From an uncultured Bacilli bacterium (GTDB lineage Bacteria; Bacillota_I; Bacilli_A; RF39; UBA660), in assembly GCA_947630575.1 (NCBI GenBank), contig CANRIB010000005.1:196-64195 (forward strand): a stretch of DNA of 64,000 bases. The letters are read 5' to 3'. This document shows, piece by piece, positions 45,484 to 55,056 of this stretch. The number at the start of each line of letters is the position of its first letter. Position 1 is the stretch's first letter. The notes beneath the pieces were generated by a model, which had not been told where the DNA came from, searched no databases, and was given only the letters and a program-made list of their open reading frames with translations. Both the position numbers and the translations under genes were made by a program.

Positions 45484-47442
45484 TTATTGGACTATGTAAG
45501 GGTTAGAACTTGTTCCTATATCTTCTCCATCAGTGAAGGTAAATGCTGTATCGGCTTTTAGATTTATTACAGGACGGACACCTAACGTGTCGTTACCGTG
45601 GTCGTAGTAAAGCTGGCCAGTCGAAGACACATGGAATACGTCAGCCGCGCTACTGTAAAAGTCATACGGAGACATTGTCCAATAGGATGAATTTGTATAT
45701 AGCCAATATTTATTATTGTTTTGACGAAAAAATCCTCCGGCATATATTACTTCGTCACTTGTTATTAAGCCTACTGGATTTTTTAATTTTTTATTTCCTA
45801 TTATTGTTTTTCTGTCTTTTGTTGTTGCTCCTTTGGAATTTTGTCCGGTAAACAAATCTCTTGTTAAATTTGCACATTTTAAGGTTGGTTCTTGTGTTGA
45901 ATCCCAATTAGTACCTTCACTCCGCCATACCCGATGGACTGGAGCATATGCAGTTTGCTGTTTTGAATATCCTCCTTTGCTTTTTCCAAGATAACTTCCG
46001 TGGTCTTCGTCTGCTAATTCTCTGTCATTACAAAAACCTGTATCTACATCTATTTTATCTACAATATCAACACTTCCTAAATTTGTTTTCTCCCACCATT
46101 TATCTAATTCAGCTTTTATTGTACTATCACTTAAATTTTGATGTGCATCTGCGTAACTACTCGTACTGCCTCCATTGTTCATGAATCCTACATATGTATT
46201 ATCGTCGTAAGTTTCATTATATTTTTGAATAGTTGTATCGTCAGAATATGTAGTTGTTATTTGAGTGCCTATACCTGTTGTATCTGGAACAGTTGAACCT
46301 ATTCCAGAATATATTAATCTTATTGTTCCATTACCATTTATTCGGATGATTCTCCACCATATAGCTTTTCCGTCTTCTTGTCCAAACTTTACCCAATTAT
46401 TATCTACTGTTCCTCTAAATACATAACTAGTTCCAAAATCGTCTTCTGCACTATATACTCCGTTTTGATTCATATTTATAACAGAAGAACCACAGTTACT
46501 CCCTAAATCATCTTTACAGCTTGGCCCTGTTACTGTTGTTATTGTTCCAAGAGAATTTCCAAGTTTTAAATCAGCTAGCCTTTCTTCTGCAGTAAGTGTT
46601 GTATCTATATCAAAATATAAATAACAAGCTGTTCCACTTTTACTTACATTTGATAATATTATTTCATTATTCTCTATTCTTACTTTTACTTCTTCATTAT
46701 TACATTTTGTTTCTTTTTGATTTAATACATATCCCTCTTTGGGTATTTCTTCTACTTCTTCATATTTTCCTTCTTCCGTTTCTTGGTAAAATGCTACTAA
46801 GTTTATATCGGCTTTTGTATTACTTATCTCTCCATATACTCTTCCTTTAAATCCTTCTCCTATATCTTTACTTTGATTTCCACTATTTGGATATTCTACT
46901 ATGATATAATAATATTTCATTGTTCCTTCTTCTTTGGCTGTTATAAATTCTGTATTAGTTATTTTTATTGTTTGTTCTTCTGTTGTTTTTGGTATCTCTC
47001 CTTCATTTATTGGCTCTCCTAATTCTTCTATATTTGATGTACATACTTCATTTAATTGTTGGGCTCCATTTACTACTTTCTTTTTCTTTTCACAATTTAA
47101 GGTTATCTCTTTTTCTTCTTCTGATACATATACTTTATATTTTAAATTTGTATTTAAATTATTTGTTCCTATCCATGTTAAGTTATAAGCTATAAGTTCA
47201 TTATTACCTGTTGCAGTTGCTGTTACTTTAGATAGAGTTTGATGTCCTGGATATATATCTACATCACCAAACTCTATATTACCACTTATATCTAATGTTG
47301 AACCATTTACTGTTGCCGTTCTTCCTTCTGTTGTTGCTCCTGTTCCTTTAAAAATAGTTTTACCTACAAAATATGCTAAAGATACACCTATTCCTAATAT
47401 TAATACACTTAACAATATTATTACTCTTTTATTCTTTTTCAT
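45484..47442 (-). CDS. Membrane-anchored or secreted protein, paralog B (SipW/TasA-like signal region, Ig-like middle, conserved C-terminal lectin-like domain with hypervariable cassette)
   Basis: ATG at 47442 (MKKNKRVIILLSVLILGIGVSLAYFVGK) follows AAAGGTGAG. The LAYF motif recalls SipW-dependent signal peptides. The C-terminal ~330 aa are paralogous to ORF 167..1684. Confidence 0.8.
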   Translation of the reverse strand: MKKNKRVIILLSVLILGIGVSLAYFVGKTIFKGTGATTEGRTATVNGSTLDISGNIEFGDVDIYPGHQTLSKVTATATGNNELIAYNLTWIGTNNLNTNLKYKVYVSEEEKEITLNCEKKKKVVNGAQQLNEVCTSNIEELGEPINEGEIPKTTEEQTIKITNTEFITAKEEGTMKYYYIIVEYPNSGNQSKDIGEGFKGRVYGEISNTKADINLVAFYQETEEGKYEEVEEIPKEGYVLNQKETKCNNEEVKVRIENNEIILSNVSKSGTACYLYFDIDTTLTAEERLADLKLGNSLGTITTVTGPSCKDDLGSNCGSSVINMNQNGVYSAEDDFGTSYVFRGTVDNNWVKFGQEDGKAIWWRIIRINGNGTIRLIYSGIGSTVPDTTGIGTQITTTYSDDTTIQKYNETYDDNTYVGFMNNGGSTSSYADAHQNLSDSTIKAELDKWWEKTNLGSVDIVDKIDVDTGFCNDRELADEDHGSYLGKSKGGYSKQQTAYAPVHRVWRSEGTNWDSTQEPTLKCANLTRDLFTGQNSKGATTKDRKTIIGNKKLKNPVGLITSDEVIYAGGFFRQNNNKYWLYTNSSYWTMSPYDFYSSAADVFHVSSTGQLYYDHGNDTLGVRPVINLKADTAFTFTDGEDIGTSSNPYIVQ

Positions 47443-47567
47443 TATCTCACCTTTTACTATAGACAAATATGTCCCATATCATAATTATAGAATAACATAT
47501 TTGGGGCAAACTTGTCAATGGCTTATTGGGGCAAATTTGGTAATATTTTTATAGTGAGGTGCTAAAT

Positions 47568-47777
47568 ATGTTAAAAGAATATCGATTAAGAAAAAATATT
47601 AGTCAAGAAAAATTGGAGTCTTTAACTAACTTAGATAGAAAAACAATTTTTAGAATAGAAAATGATATAAATGTTCCTTTACTAGATAATTTTGCTAAAA
47701 TTGTTACTGCTTTAGAATTAACTGACGAAGAAATAGTAAAAGAAGTTAAAAAAACAATAAAAAAAGATAAAAATTAA
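47568..47777 (+). CDS. XRE-family HTH regulator (single domain)
   Basis: 69 aa (QEKLESLTNLDRKTIFRIEND). ATG at 47568 is preceded by GAGGTG. Divergent from paralog B. Confidence 0.75.
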   Translation: MLKEYRLRKNISQEKLESLTNLDRKTIFRIENDINVPLLDNFAKIVTALELTDEEIVKEVKKTIKKDKN

Positions 47778-47780
47778 AAA

Positions 47781-47805
47781 AATAGAGGAAAAATTTCTCT
47801 ATTTT
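47781..47805. terminator. Hairpin terminator between convergent genes
   Basis: aatagag/ctctatt stem flanked by an A-run and a T-run. Confidence 0.55.
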
Positions 47806-47811
47806 GGATAT

Positions 47812-48363
47812 TTAATTATAAAGGTTTATTCTTCTTTCAATCATACGTCTTTCTTTTTTGGTGCCTACTACTTTTTTAGTTATAGTGGAATAGGCATGTT
47901 TGTTAAATGTTTCATAAACACTGCAAGCTTTATCTACTAAACAGACTATTAAGCTTTCTTTATATTTAGGAGGATAAAATGTTAGAGGAAACATATGCTT
48001 AGAAATTATATCTTCTTCTATATGATTAACTTTAAAATCTTTGCGAGCATTAAATAAGGCTATTTTAGGATGGATACGACCATGAAAGCCTTCATTTCTA
48101 GTTGGTTTATATTTTGCATGCCAATCATATAGGAAATAATCATGAAGGAGTGCACCCCTTATTAATTCTTTTTCATGAATATTTAATTTTAATAATTTAC
48201 ATATACGATAACTATAATAAGATACGGCAACTGAATGAAGTAAACAAGTTGTAGTTCCGTGTTGGATATATCTATTCATTTTTAAAAATTTCTTTTTTTG
48301 CATTACTTCTTCTAAGTAACTCTTGAAGACTAAATCTTCAACCTCTTTGTTTCTCAATTTCAT
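47812..48363 (-). CDS. HD-domain phosphohydrolase
   Basis: 183 aa with H...HD motif (LLHSVAVSYYSY...GALLHDYFLYDWH). Confidence 0.7.
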   Translation of the reverse strand: MKLRNKEVEDLVFKSYLEEVMQKKKFLKMNRYIQHGTTTCLLHSVAVSYYSYRICKLLKLNIHEKELIRGALLHDYFLYDWHAKYKPTRNEGFHGRIHPKIALFNARKDFKVNHIEEDIISKHMFPLTFYPPKYKESLIVCLVDKACSVYETFNKHAYSTITKKVVGTKKERRMIERRINLYN

Positions 48364-48470
48364 TTTTTAGTTCTCCTAAATTAATTATATTATAAAAAAT
48401 TTAAAATACCAAGCTTTAATTTAGATTACTTTCCTATTTAGAGAAAGATTAGTTAAATTTTACATGATAT

Positions 48471-49694
48471 TTACATTTTTCGAGTTCTTTTTAGATTTGA
48501 TTCTTGATATAATGACATATTAGTAATAACATTGGGATTAAATAAATGGGTTAGTTTGTAAGTAAAAATAAAGTTAATTCCTTCTAAGTAATTATCATAA
48601 CCTAAAAGATATAAATTATTGATAACTCTTAAATAATAACTAGTCCCCTTTTCGTTTAAGACTTTATTTAAAGTATAAGATAAAAATCGTTCTTTTAAAT
48701 TACCAATTAAATCTACTGTTGCTGGTAAATTATCTTTTAGAAGAATTATATCTATTAATTTATAGGTTGTTTTACAATCAGTTGTTATAGCTAGAGTTTG
48801 ATAATATTTGAAAGGAGTATTTTTCTCTTCTAGAAATGATATACATATTTTGTCTTGTTTAGCTTCACTTAAATCTTGCATTAAATTATTAATTATTGCG
48901 GGAACATTAAGATTAATTAAACTATAAATTATGGTATCTATATCTTCATAGTCTTTATTCATTTCATAAAGAATAAATAAATGATTACTTTGTAATAGTT
49001 GATCGTCTAAATTGACAGAAGTAATTATTTCAACAATATATTGGTATATTTCTCTATTTAAAGAGTTTTTACTGATACTAAATTTATGAGCTATTTTACG
49101 AATATTCTCATTTTCAGGTTTAGTTAAGTAATATTTTTGGAAAAAAGCTTTTTTGTTAGGAGCTTTGATTAAATAATCAGAAACAAATTTTACTTCGCTA
49201 GTAATTATTTTTTGTTCTAATTCTGCACTATAAAAACCGGTTAACGGGGCAATAGAAGTAGTAACATAACTTACTTCATGACTCAATAAATAATTTTTGA
49301 TTATAGCAATTTCATGGGAATATTTTGATGCATCATTAGATAAAAAACGGGCGATATGAATAATTAAACTCTTGCGTTCTTCATTAATCGCGATATCCAT
49401 AAATTCATGAAGATATTTAGTTAATATGGCAGGTTTTAAACTACAAGCAGATATATTTTCGATAATCTTTTTAACATCAATATTCTTTCCATATAATAAT
49501 AGATGGGGCAAGATGGAATTTTTATCTTTGCTTTTAATAGCCATATCAGTTAAAGTTGTAAGTTCTTTTATAGTTAAACCATCATAGACTTCAGGTTCAA
49601 CATAATAAGTTAGAGCACTTATTTCACTTATAAGACCTTTTTTTAAATACTTTTTAATTAAATATTGATATTTTAATATAGTTAATTTATTCAT
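48471..49694 (-). CDS. Hypothetical all-helical protein
   Basis: 407-aa ORF with no TM and no recognisable motif. Lies downstream of the pgsA terminator. Confidence 0.5.
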   Translation of the reverse strand: MNKLTILKYQYLIKKYLKKGLISEISALTYYVEPEVYDGLTIKELTTLTDMAIKSKDKNSILPHLLLYGKNIDVKKIIENISACSLKPAILTKYLHEFMDIAINEERKSLIIHIARFLSNDASKYSHEIAIIKNYLLSHEVSYVTTSIAPLTGFYSAELEQKIITSEVKFVSDYLIKAPNKKAFFQKYYLTKPENENIRKIAHKFSISKNSLNREIYQYIVEIITSVNLDDQLLQSNHLFILYEMNKDYEDIDTIIYSLINLNVPAIINNLMQDLSEAKQDKICISFLEEKNTPFKYYQTLAITTDCKTTYKLIDIILLKDNLPATVDLIGNLKERFLSYTLNKVLNEKGTSYYLRVINNLYLLGYDNYLEGINFIFTYKLTHLFNPNVITNMSLYQESNLKRTRKM

Positions 49695-49725
49695 TTTGCA
49701 CCTCTTTATAATATATTTTTTAGAT

Positions 49726-49749
49726 TTAAAAAGAATGATTGCTCATTCT
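49726..49749 (-). terminator. Rho-independent terminator of pgsA
   Basis: Hairpin agaatga/tcattct overlapping the TAG stop, followed by a U-run on the minus strand. Confidence 0.65.
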
Positions 49750-50341
49750 ATTTAGCTTGAAAGAATTCTTTCGTATTAAAGTAGTATTCTACTCCACTTA
49801 TGACAGATAGAATAGTGGCGATTAATATTAAAGCATAACCAACATTAACACCAATAAATTCAAATGGTAAATTATAGAACATAGTTAGAGCCATACCAAT
49901 CATCATACACATGGTTTTAGCTTTACCAGTAAATGAAGCGGCCACAACTTTGCCTTTATTACCACTGGCCATTTTAAAGGAATCAACAAATATATCACGC
50001 GTAATTATAATAACAGGAATAGCAATACTGATAAAACCATCATAAGCTAAAATAATTAATAAACCATTAACTAATACTTTATCGGCAATAGCGTCCATTA
50101 CTTTACCAAAATCGGTAACTAAATTTCTTTTACGAGCAATTTTGCCATCAAAGAAATCGGTGATGGCGGCTAAAACAAATAAGATTCCGGCGATAATATA
50201 TTTTAAATTAACTGTAATTCGACCGGCGATTTGATATTCAGGAAAATTAATTCCTAAGTTATACCATGGAATCATTAACATAACTAATATAATAATAGCC
50301 GTAATAATTCTTCCTAAAGTTAATTTATTGGGTAAATTCAT
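49748..50341 (-). CDS. pgsA: CDP-diacylglycerol--glycerol-3-phosphate 3-phosphatidyltransferase
   Basis: 197 aa with CDP-alcohol phosphatidyltransferase motif DFFDGKIARKRNLVTDFGKVMDAIADK. Confidence 0.9.
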   Translation of the reverse strand: MNLPNKLTLGRIITAIIILVMLMIPWYNLGINFPEYQIAGRITVNLKYIIAGILFVLAAITDFFDGKIARKRNLVTDFGKVMDAIADKVLVNGLLIILAYDGFISIAIPVIIITRDIFVDSFKMASGNKGKVVAASFTGKAKTMCMMIGMALTMFYNLPFEFIGVNVGYALILIATILSVISGVEYYFNTKEFFQAK

Positions 50342-50352
50342 AATAACACTTC

Positions 50353-50838
50353 CTATCCTTCAAATTCAACATAACTAATGACATTTGCAGTATGGTTATC
50401 AATAGTTATTTGTTTAATGCTCCAAATTATAGCTAATACAACAAGTAAAAAGATAATAATATAAGTAATATAATAATATTTGGAACTATATTTACGAGGC
50501 TTTTTAGTATAAGGACTTACTACTTTGTTTGCTTCGTCTTTTGCTTCTTTGGTGGCTTGACGTTCAATTTCTTTTATGGGAATTTTAGAAGTATATTCAA
50601 ACATATATTCATTAAAACTATCAATAAGTTTTTCACTATCTAAACCTAAATATTTAGCATAATTAGTTATATAACTTTTTAGTTCTAAGATATCTTTGAA
50701 ACATCCAATTTTTCCTTCTTCAATATTTAAAAGAAATTCGGCTTTAATGTCTAAGTCCGACGATGCCTCATCAATGCTAACCCCCGAAGATTCTCGCGTT
50801 TCTTTTAATAAACTGCCTATACCGTCCAAGTTTAACAC
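50353..50838 (-). CDS. rodZ: RodZ-like HTH membrane protein
   Basis: 161 aa with N-terminal HTH (IGSLLKETRESSGVSIDEASSDLDI) and a C-terminal TM. Upstream of pgsA as for ymfM in Bacillus. Confidence 0.6.
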   Translation of the reverse strand: MLNLDGIGSLLKETRESSGVSIDEASSDLDIKAEFLLNIEEGKIGCFKDILELKSYITNYAKYLGLDSEKLIDSFNEYMFEYTSKIPIKEIERQATKEAKDEANKVVSPYTKKPRKYSSKYYYITYIIIFLLVVLAIIWSIKQITIDNHTANVISYVEFEG

Positions 50839-50859
50839 TCCTTTATTTTAAATTAAATA

Positions 50860-51192
50860 ATATTCATAAGCCATGTTCTGTACCCATTTTGGGCGACAAA
50901 TATTTATCTACTAGTTTTCTAGTCCCTTACGCGATTCGTTTCTTTTGTAAGAGCTCTCCGACCATAATTTGGATTTCTCACTCGTGGGGTTTACCGCGTT
51001 CCATTTCCTCTGTTTCCAGATTATTCGTCACTATGGCACTTTATAAGTACTTAATCCTTGAGTTTCCTTTTAGGATTGTTCCTCGCCGTTAGATTTCTCT
51101 ACTTTAGGTTATTTTTTCCCTAAACACGAACATTAAAGTCAATCACAGACTTTGTGAGCATGGACTTTCCTCTACATAATTCTTATGCAGCA
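50860..51192 (-). ncRNA. rnpB: RNase P RNA (bacterial, compact ~330 nt)
   Basis: Minus strand contains AGAGGAAAGUCCAUGCUC (plus-strand 51160..51177), GGUAAACCCCACGAG, and GGGUACAGAACAUGGCUUAU (plus-strand 50865..50884). Candidate P1 pairing is CAUAAG/CUUAUG. Adjacent to gpsB as in Bacillus. Ends are approximate. Confidence 0.9.
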
Positions 51193-51204
51193 TTTGTCAC
51201 GATA

Positions 51205-51537
51205 TTATTCATATTTGCCAAAGACAACCTTTTCTAGTTGACTAATTCTTTTTAATAAATCGACATTAGATACGGTGGTAGTAGCACTGCTACTTGCTTC
51301 ACTGGCCACTAACTGTTCTCGTAAGTTTCTGATTTCCGCTTTAAGTTTGGAATTATCTTCTGTTAAATCTTTAATTTCCTTTTCATTCCTTTTGATGATA
51401 TTGATAAATTCGGTATAATCGCGTATAACCATGTCTAAGTATTTATCAACTTCTTGTGGTCGATAACCTCTGGCATCAATTTTAAACTCTTTATCAAGTA
51501 TTTCTTGAGGAGTTAAATAAATTTTGTCGTTATACAT
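51205..51537 (-). CDS. gpsB: Cell-cycle protein GpsB (DivIVA-domain)
   Basis: 110 aa. LTPQEILDKEFKIDARGYRPQEVDKYLDMVIRDY and C-terminal DLLKRISQLEKVVFG closely parallel B. subtilis GpsB. Confidence 0.85.
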   Translation of the reverse strand: MYNDKIYLTPQEILDKEFKIDARGYRPQEVDKYLDMVIRDYTEFINIIKRNEKEIKDLTEDNSKLKAEIRNLREQLVASEASSSATTTVSNVDLLKRISQLEKVVFGKYE

Positions 51538-51561
51538 CTAATCACTTCCTTTACAATTAAC

Positions 51562-51591
51562 ATTATATAATTTTTTCGGGTATTTTGTCAA
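51562..51591 (-). promoter_or_regulatory. Sigma-A promoter of gpsB
   Basis: Minus strand TTGACA (51586..51591), 18 nt, TATAAT (51562..51567). Confidence 0.6.
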
Positions 51592-51638
51592 TAAATTGAA
51601 TGACATTAGACAACTCTTTTTGTTAAAATAAAAAAAGG

Positions 51639-51752
51639 TTAAGTTTTAGGCTTAGCCTTTTTAAGATTTTTTAAGGTATAATAAGTATCAAACTGAAGAA
51701 TTATTTGATTTAATTCTTTTATCATATCGCTTATTAATATTTCATTTTTCAT
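51639..51752 (-). CDS. Possible small ORF (37 aa)
   Basis: MKNEILISDMIKELNQIILQFDTYYTLKNLKKAKPKT with a GGTGA SD 4 nt upstream. Its 3' end overlaps a hairpin and U-run terminator (about 51625..51660). Confidence 0.3.
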   Translation of the reverse strand: MKNEILISDMIKELNQIILQFDTYYTLKNLKKAKPKT

Positions 51753-51914
51753 TTAATCACCAATAGTATCATAACAAAAATATTTTTTTAGTGCATTAAG
51801 TTTCCTTTTTTTCGACAAAAGTTAGCAAAAATCTTGCGTAAACTTAAGTAAAAGTGGTGCTTATTGGATAGCTATTTAGGAATTTATATAGTATAATGTT
51901 GGTGGTGAGGAATC

Positions 51915-52490
51915 ATGAAGTATCCTGGTAATATTAAAAAGACATTTAAAACTAATATTAATTATCGAAATCGCGGGATGGATTTAGAAGCCTTAATAAA
52001 TGATGCTTGTAAGTATTATTTAGAAAATGATATGGCAGTTATATATAAAAAACCCACCCCAATTGGGATAGTAGAAGTTGATTATAGTAAAATGCTTATT
52101 AAGAAAGCTTATTTTAAAGAAGCCTCAACTTTAGATTATAATGGATTATATAAAGGAAAGTATGTCGAATTTGATGCGAAAGAAAGTAAGAATAAAACTT
52201 CTTTTCCTTTAGGTAATATTCATGAACATCAAATTAAACATATTAGAAATATTATTAGACATGGGGGTATTGCTTTTTTAATAATAAGTATGAATGATGG
52301 TTTTTATTTATTTAAGGGAGAAGATTTAATAGAATTTGTAGATACCCAAGAAAGAAAAAGTATTCCTTTTAATATAATAGATAGTAAAGGTGTTAAATTA
52401 GTATATAATTATAATATTGGGATTAATTATTTAGAAGGAATAAATATAGCTTATAAGGAGTTGATAGAAAATGAAAGTACCAAAAATTAA
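51915..52490 (+). CDS. recU: Holliday junction resolvase RecU
   Basis: 191 aa with NRGMDLEALIN and YVEFDAKES...HQIKH motifs. Followed by ponA as in Bacillus. Confidence 0.85.
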   Translation: MKYPGNIKKTFKTNINYRNRGMDLEALINDACKYYLENDMAVIYKKPTPIGIVEVDYSKMLIKKAYFKEASTLDYNGLYKGKYVEFDAKESKNKTSFPLGNIHEHQIKHIRNIIRHGGIAFLIISMNDGFYLFKGEDLIEFVDTQERKSIPFNIIDSKGVKLVYNYNIGINYLEGINIAYKELIENESTKN

Positions 52491-55011
52491 AAAAGAAAAG
52501 AATAAAGAAAAAAAGAAAAGAAAGTTTAGTATTAAAAATGCGATATTAATATTAGTTATTAGTACGGGTATTATGGTAGCGTCAATTGTTTTAGCTTTTG
52601 TATTATATGTTATTGTAACATCGCCAGATTTTGTGCCAAAAGAATTATATAGTAAACAATCAACATCAATTTATGCGAAAGATGGAACAACAGAGATTGC
52701 TAGAGTTGGAAATGATGATATTGAGCTTATTACTTATAATGATTTACCAGAAGTAGTAATAGATGCTTTAATAGCAACAGAAGATTCAAGATTTTTCCAA
52801 CATAATGGGTTTGATGCAGCGAGATTTTTTAAGGCATCTTTAGGACAACTTGCCGGCCAAAATGCTGGTGGTGCTTCGACCCTTTCCATGCAAGTTATAA
52901 GAAATAAGTTTTCGACTAAAGAAACTCATGGTATTAAAGGTATTGTAAGAAAGTTTTCAGATATATATATGTCAGTATTTAAATTAGAAGCAGTATATAC
53001 TAAAGAAGAAATTATTGAGTTTTATTTAAATAGTCAGTGGTTAGGTCAAGGTACTAGTTATTATAATGGTTCCATAACAGGAATTGAACAAGGTTGTCAA
53101 TATTACTTTGGAAAATCTGTATCAGATTTAACTTTACCAGAAGCTAGTCTAATTGTAGGTATGTTTAATAACCCTTCTTATTATAATCCTTATACTAATC
53201 CTGAGGGAGCTAGTGAAAGAAGAAGTGTAGTATTAAATTTAATGGTTAGGCATGGTTATATTACAGAAGAAGATAGAAAATTTGCCGAAAGTATTGATGT
53301 TCAAAGTTTACTTGTAGACCATAGTAAAGAAGAAACTGGTAAATATCAAGCATTTATTGACTTTGTAATGGATCAAGTAGAAAAAGAAACGGGAGATAAT
53401 CCAAGAAAAGTACCGATGGCAATATATACTACTCTTGATACAAGTATTCAAGATGTCTTAGATGATTTAGCGGAAGGTAAGTTATGGAAATTCCCAAATG
53501 ATACAGTGCAATTTGGGATGGCGGTTACAAGTACCGAAGATGGTTCAGTTCTTGCTTTATCGCCTGGAAGAAATTATGTCCCAACAGGTACTTTAAGAGC
53601 CGTAGGTTCAGATATATATCAAACTGGTATTAAAAGACAACCGGGATCAACAGCAAAAATAATATTTGATTATGGTCCTTATATTGAATATTTACATGGT
53701 TCTACCGGAACAATATTTATAGATAGACCTTGGACTTATAGTAATGGAACTAGTGTGCGTAACTACGATTATGGTTATGCAGGACCTATTACAATGCGCG
53801 AAGCTTTAGTAGATTCCAGAAATATTCCGGCAGTTCAAGCATTTCAAATGGTAGCAGAACAAGTTGGAGCAGATAAAATCGCGGATTTTGCACATAATTT
53901 AGGAATTAATTATGGAAAAGATTTATATGAATCAATCGCGATTGGAGGTGTTAATTGTGCAGACCCTCTTACAATGTCAGCAGCTTATGCCGCATTTGGA
54001 CGTGGTGGTGAATATATTGAACCTTATACATTTACCAAAATAGTTTATTTAGAAAATGATACAGAATATACGCATCCCGTAGAAAGAAAAAGAGTTATGA
54101 GTGAGCAAACAGCTTATTTAATAACGGATATGCTAGTTACAGGAGGAAGTCGAGGAGTTGGTGGTAATTTTTCTATCAGTGGAACTCAAATCGCCGCCAA
54201 AGGTGGAACAACTACCCTAGATAAAAAAACTGCAGATGCTTTAGGAGTTACAACTGAGGCGACTCCAGACCATTGGAATATTACTTACTCCCCTGACTAC
54301 TCTATTGCCTTATGGTATGGCTACGATAGCTTAGGACCTGGGAAACCTTATCTTACAAGTTCTAATGGTAACCCTGCCCGTCTAAATATTATGAAAGCCG
54401 TAGCACCTAAAATATATAAGAAAAATTCAAAGTTTAGTAAACCCTCGGGAGTGACATCCGTCACGATAGAAACCGAAACATATCCAACACAGCTAGCGAG
54501 TGAATATACTCCTAAGAAATTTAAATTAACAGAATATTATGAAAGTGGTTATGAACCTAGTGAGGTATCAACAAGATTTAGTGAACTTAAAAATCCAACA
54601 AATGGAAGTTATTCTTATGATGGAAGTTATATTACCCTATCATGGGACCCAATAGATACTCCAGATGCAATTAATCAAAGTTATATTGAAGAAATGTTTA
54701 ATGATAGTTATTGGAAGTTTTATAGTAAATATAAACAAACATATTATGATAGTAGACTTAAATATAATGCCGAAAATATGGGAACTATAGGTTATCAAAT
54801 ATATTTAAAAGATAATTATAGTGATACTTTTACAGATTTAGGATTTACAACAGAAACAAGTTTTTCTTATCCAGCAAGTTATAGTGGTGATGAATATACA
54901 TTTATTGTTAAATCAGCATATTCAATATTTAAAGATAATATGAGCAGTGGCTTAGAAATAGCATCACAATCAAGTTATGATACAAATATTGGAGATTTAA
55001 GTGGTTTTTAA
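52471..55011 (+). CDS. ponA: Bifunctional class A penicillin-binding protein (glycosyltransferase/transpeptidase)
   Basis: GT51 motifs (EDSRFFQHNGFD, GASTLSMQV) and transpeptidase motifs (STAK-type PGSTAKI, SRN, KGGTT). Long C-terminal extension. Confidence 0.9.
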   Translation: MKVPKIKKEKNKEKKKRKFSIKNAILILVISTGIMVASIVLAFVLYVIVTSPDFVPKELYSKQSTSIYAKDGTTEIARVGNDDIELITYNDLPEVVIDALIATEDSRFFQHNGFDAARFFKASLGQLAGQNAGGASTLSMQVIRNKFSTKETHGIKGIVRKFSDIYMSVFKLEAVYTKEEIIEFYLNSQWLGQGTSYYNGSITGIEQGCQYYFGKSVSDLTLPEASLIVGMFNNPSYYNPYTNPEGASERRSVVLNLMVRHGYITEEDRKFAESIDVQSLLVDHSKEETGKYQAFIDFVMDQVEKETGDNPRKVPMAIYTTLDTSIQDVLDDLAEGKLWKFPNDTVQFGMAVTSTEDGSVLALSPGRNYVPTGTLRAVGSDIYQTGIKRQPGSTAKIIFDYGPYIEYLHGSTGTIFIDRPWTYSNGTSVRNYDYGYAGPITMREALVDSRNIPAVQAFQMVAEQVGADKIADFAHNLGINYGKDLYESIAIGGVNCADPLTMSAAYAAFGRGGEYIEPYTFTKIVYLENDTEYTHPVERKRVMSEQTAYLITDMLVTGGSRGVGGNFSISGTQIAAKGGTTTLDKKTADALGVTTEATPDHWNITYSPDYSIALWYGYDSLGPGKPYLTSSNGNPARLNIMKAVAPKIYKKNSKFSKPSGVTSVTIETETYPTQLASEYTPKKFKLTEYYESGYEPSEVSTRFSELKNPTNGSYSYDGSYITLSWDPIDTPDAINQSYIEEMFNDSYWKFYSKYKQTYYDSRLKYNAENMGTIGYQIYLKDNYSDTFTDLGFTTETSFSYPASYSGDEYTFIVKSAYSIFKDNMSSGLEIASQSSYDTNIGDLSGF

Positions 55012-55023
55012 TAAAGATAATTA

Positions 55024-55056
55024 GTCTTATTTCGATAAAAGAAATAAGGCTTTTTT
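55024..55056 (+). terminator. Rho-independent terminator of ponA
   Basis: 10-bp stem gtcttatttc/gaaataaggc (one G-U pair) followed by tttttt. Confidence 0.75.

Noticed and set aside
50889-51092. 67-aa plus-strand ORF between rodZ-like and gpsB.
   Set aside because: It lies within the RNase P RNA gene on the opposite strand. The local GC enrichment is explained by the structured RNA.
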